Shown here: positions 27,105 to 35,563 of the stretch, in pieces | Layout: each line of letters starts with the position of its first letter | Numbering within the stretch: the stretch's first letter is position 1 | Notes under the pieces: model-generated | Told to the model about the DNA's origin: nothing | Seen by the model: only the letters and a program-made list of their open reading frames with translations | Database searches by the model: none | From: Lachnospiraceae bacterium | Lineage (GTDB): Bacteria > Bacillota > Clostridia > Lachnospirales > Lachnospiraceae | NCBI GenBank assembly: GCA_024690205.1 | Contig: JAILCX010000070.1 | Coordinates: forward strand, 1 to 35,705 | Direction of reading: 5' to 3' | DNA length: 35,705 nucleotides | Made by a program: the position numbers and the translations under genes

Positions 27105-28547
27105 ATGGTTTTTTCAGGTCTTCCTTTTTTGATCTTTTTTCTGACAACTCTCATTCTTTGTTATTTTCCACTGGGAGCTGTCTTTAGGCGCATAAATATT
27201 CGATCCGGCATTGAAGTCAGAAACGGTATACTTCTGATTTTCAGCTTGTTTTTTTATGCATGGGGTGAGCCTAAGTGTATCTTTTTGCTCATCCTGTCTT
27301 CTTTTGTCGATTATATGGATGGTCTTCTTTTGGAAAGATTTGACGACCGTCCTGCACTGAGAAAACTTTTCCTCTCTGTTTCTTTGATCATCAATTTTTC
27401 GCTCCTTGGAGTAATGAAATACTCCGACTTTGTTGTAGGTACTTTAAATTCTCTTACCGGAGCGGGCCTTACTCTTCCCGGGATCGCCCTTCCCATCGGC
27501 ATAAGCTTTTATACATTCCAGACTACCAGCTATTCTATAGATGTATACAGACGCGAAGTAAAGGCAGAGCGGAATTTCTTCCGTTACCTTACATACATTT
27601 CGATGTTCCCCCAGCTTATCGCAGGTCCCATCGTACGTTACTCACTTATCAAAGAACAACTTGTATCAAGAAAGACAACTTTAGACAGTTTTTCCAGCGG
27701 TCTTCGCCGTTTTCTCATGGGACTTTTCAGAAAAGTCCTTATAGCCAACGAGCTTGGTGCGTTATGGGATCATCTAAGAGGTGTACAGAACCTTTCCGTT
27801 ACCGGAGCATGGCTTGGATTTCTGGTTTTCACCTTACAGCTTTATTATGATTTCAGCGCATATTCGGATATGGCCATCGGCCTAGGTCTTATGCTCGGCT
27901 TTCACTTTAACGAAAACTTCATCTATCCGCTTTCGGCTGTATCACTGACTGACTTTTGGAGACGCTGGCACATCTCTTTGTCTAGCTGGTTCCGTGACTA
28001 CGTTTATATCCCTCTTGGCGGAAACAAAAAAGGAAAGCTACGGCAGCTTCTTAATCTTGCGATAGTATGGTTCCTCACGGGACTTTGGCACGGCGCATTC
28101 TGGAATTATGTTCTTTGGGGAATCTATCACGGAACGATACTTGTCCTTGAAAAATTCATCTGGGGAAAGCATCTTGAAAAAGCGCCCCGGCTCGTAAGAC
28201 ACCTTTATACTTTGCTTATCGTGATCTTCGGATTTGGAATATTCTATTTTGAAGACATGAACGCATTAACACAGTATCTTACCTTTTCATTCGGAACAGC
28301 CGGCAATGCTCTTTTGGGAAATGAATTATTATGGGCGTTTGGCAATTACCTTCCGGTCCTTATATTTGCGATCCTTTTCATGTTCCCGGTCTTTCCGAAG
28401 ATCAGGGATTACATCCATACACTCGGAGAGAAAAAAGAAAGCATCGCACGTTTTGCGGCCGGATCACTCTCCGTTTTACTGCTGATACTTTGCATAGCAA
28501 ACCTTGTAAGAGATTCCTTTAACCCTTTTTTGTATTTCAGGTTTTGA
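27105..28547 (+). CDS. MBOAT-family membrane-bound O-acyltransferase (AlgI/DltB-like).
   Basis: Multi-TM protein. The invariant MBOAT His block is FWRRWHISLSSWFRDYVYIPLGGN. Confidence 0.85.
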   Translation: MVFSGLPFLIFFLTTLILCYFPLGAVFRRINIRSGIEVRNGILLIFSLFFYAWGEPKCIFLLILSSFVDYMDGLLLERFDDRPALRKLFLSVSLIINFSLLGVMKYSDFVVGTLNSLTGAGLTLPGIALPIGISFYTFQTTSYSIDVYRREVKAERNFFRYLTYISMFPQLIAGPIVRYSLIKEQLVSRKTTLDSFSSGLRRFLMGLFRKVLIANELGALWDHLRGVQNLSVTGAWLGFLVFTLQLYYDFSAYSDMAIGLGLMLGFHFNENFIYPLSAVSLTDFWRRWHISLSSWFRDYVYIPLGGNKKGKLRQLLNLAIVWFLTGLWHGAFWNYVLWGIYHGTILVLEKFIWGKHLEKAPRLVRHLYTLLIVIFGFGIFYFEDMNALTQYLTFSFGTAGNALLGNELLWAFGNYLPVLIFAILFMFPVFPKIRDYIHTLGEKKESIARFAAGSLSVLLLILCIANLVRDSFNPFLYFRF

Positions 28548-29764
28548 TGATAATGAAAAAACACTCTGTTAAAGATCTGATAAAATACATACCCGAATTT
28601 GCTGCGATCACGGTTTTGTTTGCGTTTGCAGTCATGTTCATGCTCTCATACCAAAAGGAGTTTTCCGAAAACGAAAACCGCGTCTTAGCCTCATGTCCCG
28701 CTCCTTCTTTGGATGGCATTTTCGATCACTCATTCATGGATTCCTTTGAGGATTATATATCGGATCAGTTTCCTTTAAGAGATGACCTTTTATCTTTTTC
28801 TGTCATCGCATCAAGAGCAGAAGGCAAAAAAGAAGTAAACGGAGTGATCTATGCCAAAGAAGGTCCTGATAACATCCGTCTCATCGACCGATACAACAAG
28901 CCTCAAAACGCTGACAAGTTCATAGATGCCGTAGCCAGATTAAAAGATGGAGTAACCTCAGCCGATATCACGGTAATGGTCGTTCCGACTTCATACTGGT
29001 TATATGAAGATGAAATGCCCAAAACGACCCTTAATACAGAACGTCCGCTTCAAAAGGACACTTTAAAATACATTAATGACGGGATAGACAACCTGGGCGC
29101 ATCAACTAAGGTTAATATGGTTGATAACATATTTGACCGCCTTACGGACGGCCGAAAGGCAGGTCTCAACATCTTTTACCGGACCGATCATCACTGGACA
29201 ACAAGCGGTGCCTATATGGGGTATCTTGCGCTTTCGCCATACCTTATGCTTCCCGAAAGAAAAGATCTCCTTTCAAATCTTACATGCATCAGCGATTCCT
29301 TTTACGGCACGACATGGTCAAAAGTCGTTGACCGCTCTGTTAAACCTGACACGATGGATATATATGATTCACCCGAATGGAAAGACCATCTTACGGTAAC
29401 ATATGAAAATACCGGCGAGTCTTTTAATTCTCCGTATAACCGCGATTATCTTAATGTCAAAGATAAGTATTCCGTTTTCCTTAATAACCAGCATTCCCTT
29501 ATTACCATAAAGAACGAAAATGCCGACCTTACAAGAACTGATGGGGAGGAGCATCGTGCGCTTGTTGTGATAAAGGACAGCTATGCTAACTCCCTTATCC
29601 CGTTCCTTATCGATCATTATGAGACCATATGGGTATTCGACCCAAGATATTACAGAGGCAGCATAACCGAATGGATAAATGATCATCCCGAAGTTAAAGA
29701 TGTCCTTGTGCTTTATAACCTTTCCACCATGGATAACGACAGAGGCCTTGGTGCGATATACTGA
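28547..29764 (+). CDS. DltD/AlgJ/AlgX-like O-acyltransferase accessory protein (DHHW family).
   Basis: ATG 28547 overlaps the MBOAT stop in a TGATGA arrangement. N-terminal TM anchor. Signature YRTDHHWTTSGAYMGY (the DHHW motif of the AlgJ/DltD family). Confidence 0.7.
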   Translation: MIMKKHSVKDLIKYIPEFAAITVLFAFAVMFMLSYQKEFSENENRVLASCPAPSLDGIFDHSFMDSFEDYISDQFPLRDDLLSFSVIASRAEGKKEVNGVIYAKEGPDNIRLIDRYNKPQNADKFIDAVARLKDGVTSADITVMVVPTSYWLYEDEMPKTTLNTERPLQKDTLKYINDGIDNLGASTKVNMVDNIFDRLTDGRKAGLNIFYRTDHHWTTSGAYMGYLALSPYLMLPERKDLLSNLTCISDSFYGTTWSKVVDRSVKPDTMDIYDSPEWKDHLTVTYENTGESFNSPYNRDYLNVKDKYSVFLNNQHSLITIKNENADLTRTDGEEHRALVVIKDSYANSLIPFLIDHYETIWVFDPRYYRGSITEWINDHPEVKDVLVLYNLSTMDNDRGLGAIY

Positions 29765-29768
29765 TAAC

Positions 29769-29850
29769 AAGTCAACGGGGACGGTTCTCTTTGAACCTGT
29801 TCTCATTGGGTTCAATGGGTAAGTCAAAGAGAACCGTTCCCGTTGAGCCT
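29769..29850 (+). repeat. GGGGACGGTTCTC-core repeat, locus 2. Convergent inverted pair able to form a ~23-bp-stem hairpin with a 29-nt loop.
   Basis: Arm 1 (29772-29794) is TCAACGGGGACGGTTCTCTTTGA. Arm 2 (29824-29846) is TCAAAGAGAACCGTTCCCGTTGA, which is the reverse complement with 1 mismatch. The loop contains a small nested hairpin GAACC-N11-GGTTC. Confidence 0.75.
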
Positions 29851-29887
29851 GAACCCACCATTGTGTTTTAGTAGAAAGAGGTGCCGA

Positions 29888-31534
29888 ATGACCAAAAGAC
29901 TCACAGCCGTTTTACTAACGATCAGCCTGGCATTTAGCAGCACGGCATGTTCTGCCGAAGAAGTTAAAGGCAAGGCGGACTCCGCTAAAAATTCCATAGA
30001 AAAAGCTGCCGACGAAGCGGCCGATACGATCGGAAAAACAGCATCTGACGTATCCGAGGTTGTTAGTTCCAAAGCAGCCGAGGCTGTCGGATATGCTTCG
30101 GAATGGTACTCAAATATCGATACGGCAAAGTTTAAGCAGGGCTGGAATTACTCGGTTGAGTTCCTGGGCGAAAAGTATTCGGAAGCGGTAGACAGTGAAT
30201 ATATCAGATCCGTTGCGGAAAATATGGCAAAGATACGCTCCAACATGGAAAGCGCATCTTCCGCTCTCATAGATTCTGCAATCGACAAAGAACAGCTTGC
30301 AATGAAGTGGGCAACGGAAACCTATTCCGACGTTAAAGATGCAAGCCTTGAGATGATCGAAGAGAACTCTTATCTTAAGTACTTTTCGTCTGCTGATAAG
30401 GAAGCATCAAAGGAGGCCATGAACCTTCTTGTATCCTATTATGATTACGCCCGGCAGATGTCATCGCCCGTTGAACTTAAGGATTATATTGATGATTTCT
30501 GTGCCAAAGAAAGCGCTGATCTTAATGCCTTATATAAATCAGTTCTTAATGATCAGGAGCTTATAATTCCTGATGAGCAAATGCCCGGCACCATCGCCTA
30601 TATCACCGGCATATCGGACAAAATGCCCGGGGAAACTCAATCAAAATTCCTTTCCAAGGATTCCCTTTACGAACGCACGGTAAAATCCCTTAAGAAAAGA
30701 TATGAAGATAACAGTTTAAGTGAAAGCAAGGCTCCCACAGCGGCAGAGATAATCGCACTTGCTCAGTTGGCCGAGGAAGGAACCTTACAGCCTTCTGATT
30801 TTAACGTATCGGTATCAACACTCCTTTGCCCCAAATACGTTCTTAAACAGGCCTGCTATTCCGTTTCCGGAATGTCAGATTTTGATGATGTTGTTAATAT
30901 AGGTTCAAGTGTCTATTCCATACTGAAGGAAGCGGCATCCGATGGGCATATAGATACCGACGCTCTCAAAAAGGGGGATATGAAAACTGTTCTGGCTTCA
31001 TCCGACGGTTTTGTTGAAGGTTCGGTAAGTCAGTTTGTTATATCGGGATGCAGAGAAGGAAACTGGGGAGAATATATAAAAGATGATCCTTCCCTTTGTG
31101 CCGTGATCTCGGTTCTCGTCATTGATGGAGCAGTAATTGGATATGATCTTTGCCGCGGCGATATCACACTTGACGAATACGGAAACATGATGGCGGACAT
31201 GCTCTTTACGTCACTGCTTTCCCTTCCTACAAACGCGGTCGTTATCGCGCTTTTACCTTCTTTGTATATGACGGCTCTTGCAGGCTCCATGGCCGGCGTG
31301 ACTATGGTTGCTCTCGGATATGAAGATTCGGAAGCTGCAAAGAGCGCGATGCTTGATGTTGTAAACGGCGGAGGATTTGAGGCATTTGTTCCCGCAGGAA
31401 CTACCGAAGCCATAAGCGTAGCCAAAAGCAAGATAGAATCTCTAAGCATGAAAAACAAGATCTCATCATTTAAAGATACGATGATATCAACCACCAAAGA
31501 GGGATACATCAACATAGAAACGATCCCCGATTAA
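29888..31534 (+). CDS. Hypothetical 548-aa lipoprotein of unknown function.
   Basis: Start re-set to ATG 29888 (MTKRLTAVLLTISLAFSSTAC lipobox), with an AGAGGTG RBS. The ORF-track start is upstream. The C-terminal third contains hydrophobic/Gly-rich segments. No family recognised. Confidence 0.6.
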   Translation: MTKRLTAVLLTISLAFSSTACSAEEVKGKADSAKNSIEKAADEAADTIGKTASDVSEVVSSKAAEAVGYASEWYSNIDTAKFKQGWNYSVEFLGEKYSEAVDSEYIRSVAENMAKIRSNMESASSALIDSAIDKEQLAMKWATETYSDVKDASLEMIEENSYLKYFSSADKEASKEAMNLLVSYYDYARQMSSPVELKDYIDDFCAKESADLNALYKSVLNDQELIIPDEQMPGTIAYITGISDKMPGETQSKFLSKDSLYERTVKSLKKRYEDNSLSESKAPTAAEIIALAQLAEEGTLQPSDFNVSVSTLLCPKYVLKQACYSVSGMSDFDDVVNIGSSVYSILKEAASDGHIDTDALKKGDMKTVLASSDGFVEGSVSQFVISGCREGNWGEYIKDDPSLCAVISVLVIDGAVIGYDLCRGDITLDEYGNMMADMLFTSLLSLPTNAVVIALLPSLYMTALAGSMAGVTMVALGYEDSEAAKSAMLDVVNGGGFEAFVPAGTTEAISVAKSKIESLSMKNKISSFKDTMISTTKEGYINIETIPD

Positions 31535-31554
31535 GATCATCGACATGCACGAAT

Positions 31555-31591
31555 ATAAAAAAAGAGGTTGCCCAAAGGCACCCTCTTTTTT
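31555..31591. terminator. Bidirectional rho-independent terminator between convergent genes.
   Basis: A-run, then hairpin AAGAGG-TTGCC-CAAA-GGCAC-CCTCTT, then a TTTTTT run. Confidence 0.65.
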
Positions 31592-31609
31592 AATGATCAT
31601 TTCTTAATC

Positions 31610-32251
31610 TTATACAGTTATAGGAGCATCACAATAATCACATGTGCAGGATGTTCCTCTTCTCATTGTCATCTTAGCTCCGCAACCGGGGCAGGCAACC
31701 GTAACAAGTTCTCCGCCGACGGGAGCTTCACCTGCAAAGGAACCTGTAGCCTGAGTCTGCTGTGAGATGGCAGGTCTTACGAATGTAACGATGTGTGAGT
31801 TGGTATCAAGTGTTGTATTCTTTAAAACGCCGATTGCAATAAGCTGAGATATCTCTTTTTCAGCAGTTGCTACGGTAACGCCGCACGCTGCAGCTATAGC
31901 GTTAACATCGTCTATATCCTGGTTGATGATCATGTCAATATAATCTCTGTTTCTTGCTGCGGTTTTTGCTATCTTCGTTGAATAGTAGATCAAAACACCG
32001 CCACCGATTATCATGAACAGTCCCCATATCCACTTGTTGTCTCCGCTAAACAGATTAGCGATACCAAGGATTATAAGGATAGCTCCTCCGAGAATATAAA
32101 TCTTCTGGTTTGATGCTCCCTTGAACACGGCCTGTTTGTCCATGCTGCTTCCCTTAGCTCTTAACAGGATAAGAACTATTCCTGCCGGCCAGAAAATAAG
32201 GAACGCCAAAATGATGACTATTGTTGATAAATACCAAGGACGCTGTTGCAT
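31610..32251 (-). CDS. Membrane protein with N-terminal TM helices and a C-terminal zinc ribbon. Third gene of SPFH cluster II.
   Basis: TM helices LSTIVIILAFLIFWPAGIVLILL, ILGGAILIILGIANLF and GLFMIIGGGVLIYY. C-terminal ribbon is CPGCGAKM...CTCDYC. Confidence 0.55.
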   Translation of the reverse strand: MQQRPWYLSTIVIILAFLIFWPAGIVLILLRAKGSSMDKQAVFKGASNQKIYILGGAILIILGIANLFSGDNKWIWGLFMIIGGGVLIYYSTKIAKTAARNRDYIDMIINQDIDDVNAIAAACGVTVATAEKEISQLIAIGVLKNTTLDTNSHIVTFVRPAISQQTQATGSFAGEAPVGGELVTVACPGCGAKMTMRRGTSCTCDYCDAPITV

Positions 32252-32270
32252 ATTAGTTTACCCCCGTTTC

Positions 32271-32972
32271 TTAAAACATAGCTCGTGATGAGCTTATAAG
32301 TCTGTTTCTTTCTTCAGCAAGTCTTTCTATTGCCTTGCTGGCTGATATTATGGATGCTTCATTGTTTTCATCCACTGCACGCGACAGATTTCCAACTTCT
32401 GTAAGCATCTTGCTTTCAATCTCGGCAACTACAGGTGTGCTCCTTACCTGGCCTGATGCAAGTGCATCAACTGCCTTTAGAACATCTTTTCTGTACGGAG
32501 CAGAATAATCGATCTTACCTGCTGCGAGTTTTGCATTTTCAAGTATTGATTTAAAGATCGCTATATCCTGGCCTCTTAATGCCTGCTGCTGTTTTACATC
32601 GGCATTTGCCTTTCTCATGCAAAGGTAAACAACAAGGAAAACAACAAGTATAACTATCTGCCAAAGGAACGAAAAGAAGACGGCATTCTTAAGCAGGAAA
32701 GAACATGTTGCGGCAACAACTATCTGCGCTATAAGATATAAAGTCACTACCGGATATAGAACATAAGCATAGATCTGCTTTTTCTCTCCAATACCGACAT
32801 CAAAGATCATAAAGATAAGAGCCAGTGCAAATGCGATAATTGAAAAAGCAAAACTAATCCAAAAAACGGTTGTATAGGTTTCAAGAACCGCAAAAAGAAC
32901 GATGTTGACCGCAATAAGTGCTGCAGCCATTATGAATGCAGTTGTAGCATTTAAAAACTTTATCGCCTTCAT
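32271..32972 (-). CDS. Polytopic membrane protein (about 4 TM) with a cytoplasmic alpha-helical C-terminal domain. Second gene of SPFH cluster II.
   Basis: GGAGGA RBS. Start lies 2 nt after the stop of the upstream SPFH gene. Confidence 0.55.
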   Translation of the reverse strand: MKAIKFLNATTAFIMAAALIAVNIVLFAVLETYTTVFWISFAFSIIAFALALIFMIFDVGIGEKKQIYAYVLYPVVTLYLIAQIVVAATCSFLLKNAVFFSFLWQIVILVVFLVVYLCMRKANADVKQQQALRGQDIAIFKSILENAKLAAGKIDYSAPYRKDVLKAVDALASGQVRSTPVVAEIESKMLTEVGNLSRAVDENNEASIISASKAIERLAEERNRLISSSRAMF

Positions 32973-32973
32973 A

Positions 32974-34326
32974 TTATTCCTCCTTGTTTCCGCAATTACC
33001 GCAGAACTTCATTCCTTCAGCAAGTTCTGCTCCGCACTTGGAACATACTCTCTTTGTCGGTCCCACCGGAGTTCCGCAATTACCGCAGAATTTCATTCCG
33101 GCAGGTACCTCTTGTCCGCAGTTTGCACAGATAACCTTGGGAGGTTCTACATTGGCTCCGCATGAACCGCAGAACTTCATTCCGGCAGGTACCGTAGCTC
33201 CGCATACGGGACATGCAATGTTTCCGCCTGCTGCTCCCTGGGTAAAGAGATTGTTCATCATTGCTCCGGCAGACTGGCCTACTGAATTACCCATACCGAG
33301 CCCCAATCCTGCCTGCATGAACATAGCTCCATCTCCTTCGTTGGAAACGGCAGCCTTCATGATCTCTGCAGCTTCCTGTCTCGCCCAGCCGTTGTTTCCG
33401 TCTTGATCCCTTATCTTCATACGTTCGTAGTCAGCGTAAGCGCCCTGACCTGAAACATAACGGTCCTTTTCTGCGCCTTCACGCTCAAGGCCGTACTGTA
33501 CTCTGGTATCGAGTATCTCCTGTTCACGGTCAAATTCTCTTTCCTGACGAGACATCTTCATTTCGAGCATACGCTTCATGTAAGGATCATTATCAGGAAT
33601 CTGAATATTCTCTATATAGAAATTGATAAGCTCAAGGCCATACTCTGCAAGAACTTCGTTAAGAGGCGCTTTCAAAGAATCGGCAAGCGCCTTCTTTCTG
33701 TTAATAACAACGATAACCTCTTCATCACCGCCTGCAAGATAAGCTGCAAGTTCATCCGTTATGTTTTGCTTGAAAGCAGTCTTAAAGCTGTTTTTAACAG
33801 ACTCTTCGGTGATGTTTTCGGCTCTTCCTGGAGCAGTCTGAAGCGAGCCGCCATGTCCTCCGACGAGTTTTAAGAAGAACTGCTTAGAGTTGCTGACAGC
33901 AACGGTATATGCACCTCTTGCAGAAACAGTAAGGACAATACCTGATCTGGGATCTACAACCTTGATGGGATCGCTGGTTCCCCACTTCATCTCAAGGTGA
34001 TGGCCCTTGTTGATAAAATATACTTTACAGTTAAACGGACTCTCGCCTCCTGAAAGCATCTTTGAAAGGAACTTTGTAAGGAAAGGATAGTTCTCCGTTG
34101 TAAGAGTATACTTTCCCGAAGTAAAGACTTCTTCAATGATACCGTCCTTCATGAAGAGCGCTTCTTCATACTCGGCAACTATAAGCTGAGCACCGTTATT
34201 AAAATCTTCATTCGGAACCTTGTAACAGATCTCGCCGTTACGGGCGTTGTTCTTAATGACGCTTAAGATAGGATTTGAGGGTTTTTCGGAAGAATCCCCC
34301 AGAATTTTGTCTAAGCCAAAAGCCAT
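32974..34326 (-). CDS. SPFH/band-7 family protein with C-terminal tandem zinc ribbons (COG4260 / YdjI-like). Paralog of the gene at 10231-11541.
   Basis: AAGGGG RBS. Four C-terminal repeats of the type CPVCGATVPAGMKFCGSCG. Same overall architecture as the 10231-11541 protein. Confidence 0.65.
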   Translation of the reverse strand: MAFGLDKILGDSSEKPSNPILSVIKNNARNGEICYKVPNEDFNNGAQLIVAEYEEALFMKDGIIEEVFTSGKYTLTTENYPFLTKFLSKMLSGGESPFNCKVYFINKGHHLEMKWGTSDPIKVVDPRSGIVLTVSARGAYTVAVSNSKQFFLKLVGGHGGSLQTAPGRAENITEESVKNSFKTAFKQNITDELAAYLAGGDEEVIVVINRKKALADSLKAPLNEVLAEYGLELINFYIENIQIPDNDPYMKRMLEMKMSRQEREFDREQEILDTRVQYGLEREGAEKDRYVSGQGAYADYERMKIRDQDGNNGWARQEAAEIMKAAVSNEGDGAMFMQAGLGLGMGNSVGQSAGAMMNNLFTQGAAGGNIACPVCGATVPAGMKFCGSCGANVEPPKVICANCGQEVPAGMKFCGNCGTPVGPTKRVCSKCGAELAEGMKFCGNCGNKEE

Positions 34327-34479
34327 AATATTACCCCTTCATAATCATAGTTTTGAAGTTTTTATTATTTAAACACCTCATATTAAATGATACCTTAATG
34401 AAGCTTTAAAAACAACAATTATTTATGCACTTGTCCGAGCCTGTTTCCTTTGATAAAATCAATGAACATGAAGTCTTTG

Positions 34480-34562
34480 AAGTCAATGGGGACGGTTCTC
34501 ATTGAACCCATTCTCATGAGAGGTCAAAGAGTAAGTCAAAGAGAGCCGTCCCCATTGAACCC
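34480..34562 (+). repeat. GGGGACGGTTCTC-core repeat, locus 3. Convergent inverted pair forming a hairpin.
   Basis: Arm 1 (34483-34505) is TCAATGGGGACGGTTCTCATTGA. Arm 2 (34536-34558) is TCAAAGAGAGCCGTCCCCATTGA, which matches the reverse complement at 21/23. A partial extra copy GAAGTCTTTGA immediately precedes it. The loop contains the palindrome TCTCATGAGA. Confidence 0.75.
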
Positions 34563-34593
34563 GCCATTATGTTTTAGGGGAAAGAGGTGACAA

Positions 34594-35475
34594 ATGATCA
34601 AACGACTCGCAACCGTTTTACTCACGATATGCCTGGCATTTAGCATCGTGGCATGTTCAGACGAGGAAGTTAAGGACATTTATGCTCCGCCAGTTAGGAT
34701 TGAAGAAATCGATTCCGTTTCGAAAGAATCCCCTTTGCCAAAACAAGCATCACAAGAAGAAGCCAAAAGCGAGCCCCTGATCTCCACCCCGGAAAAGCAA
34801 GGGGAACCGGTTGGACAAATAGCCGAAAACAATAAAGAGAAGCAACCCGGCGAAAAGGAAGACACCAAGGTCGAAGAAATATCCGACGACCGTTCTCAGG
34901 AAAAAGCAGAAAAGCAAACTGAAGCGACACCGACACCCGAAACAACACCTGAACGGTCGCCCGAAAAACAGCGAATCCTCTTTGTCGGGGATTCAAGGAC
35001 TATCGATATGTTTGCGGATTCAGACGAGACCTTATCAGGCGCCGTACATGACGGCATAACCGTCTATGCAAAGCATGGCTACGGCTTTGACTTTATGAAG
35101 GAGTCGGTAAACAGTTTCGGCACCGATAATTTTGACATCCTTATAAGCTGGATGGGAGCCAACGATCACGGAAACTTTGACTCCTACAGAAGCTACTATT
35201 CATCTTTGATAGAAAGCGGAAAGACCGTAATACTTTGCACGGTCGGACCGACCGATGATGAGCATCTTGTTTCATACGACCATCCGAACTATGAGAACGT
35301 GATGATGCTAAAATATAACGAATCTCTTCTTTCCTTTGCAAAAGAAAAAGGTATAAAAGTCATCGACCTTTATACCTATATTTCAAATAACATTTCTATC
35401 GATCCTGCCGACGGGATCCATTATACTCCCCGTCCGACAACTTCCATCTGGAACTATATCCGTTCCATGATCTGA
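34594..35475 (+). CDS. Lipoprotein with a C-terminal SGNH/GDSL hydrolase domain and a long acidic/proline-rich linker.
   Basis: Lipobox LAFSIVAC. SGNH block I is ILFVGDSRT. Block III is GANDH. Block V is DGIHYT. Confidence 0.75.
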   Translation: MIKRLATVLLTICLAFSIVACSDEEVKDIYAPPVRIEEIDSVSKESPLPKQASQEEAKSEPLISTPEKQGEPVGQIAENNKEKQPGEKEDTKVEEISDDRSQEKAEKQTEATPTPETTPERSPEKQRILFVGDSRTIDMFADSDETLSGAVHDGITVYAKHGYGFDFMKESVNSFGTDNFDILISWMGANDHGNFDSYRSYYSSLIESGKTVILCTVGPTDDEHLVSYDHPNYENVMMLKYNESLLSFAKEKGIKVIDLYTYISNNISIDPADGIHYTPRPTTSIWNYIRSMI

Positions 35476-35514
35476 TCACCAATTCATTCCTGGGCAAATA
35501 CTCTCATTTTGGGG

Positions 35515-35543
35515 AAGTCAAAGAGAACCGTCCCCTTTGAACC
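35515..35543 (-). repeat. GGGGACGGTTCTC-core repeat, locus 4. Single arm on the opposite strand.
   Basis: Reverse complement reads GGTTCAAAGGGGACGGTTCTCTTTGACTT. This is identical to the locus-1 core over 21 nt. Confidence 0.7.
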
Positions 35544-35563
35544 TAATGAGTGCAATGAAGCAT

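Noticed and set aside
29769-29850. Interpretation of the hairpin repeats as integron attC sites (cassette array)
   Set aside because: The arm ends do not fit the RYYYAAC / GTTRRRY core sites (only one GTTGAGC fits). No intI-like integrase or attI is present. Cassettes would not carry their own leader or signal module. Treated as a REP/MITE-like repeat instead.
29769-29850. Interpretation of the paired repeats as an invertible (phase-variable) promoter switch
   Set aside because: The segment enclosed by the inverted arms is only ~29 bp, too short to hold a promoter. No recombinase gene is nearby.
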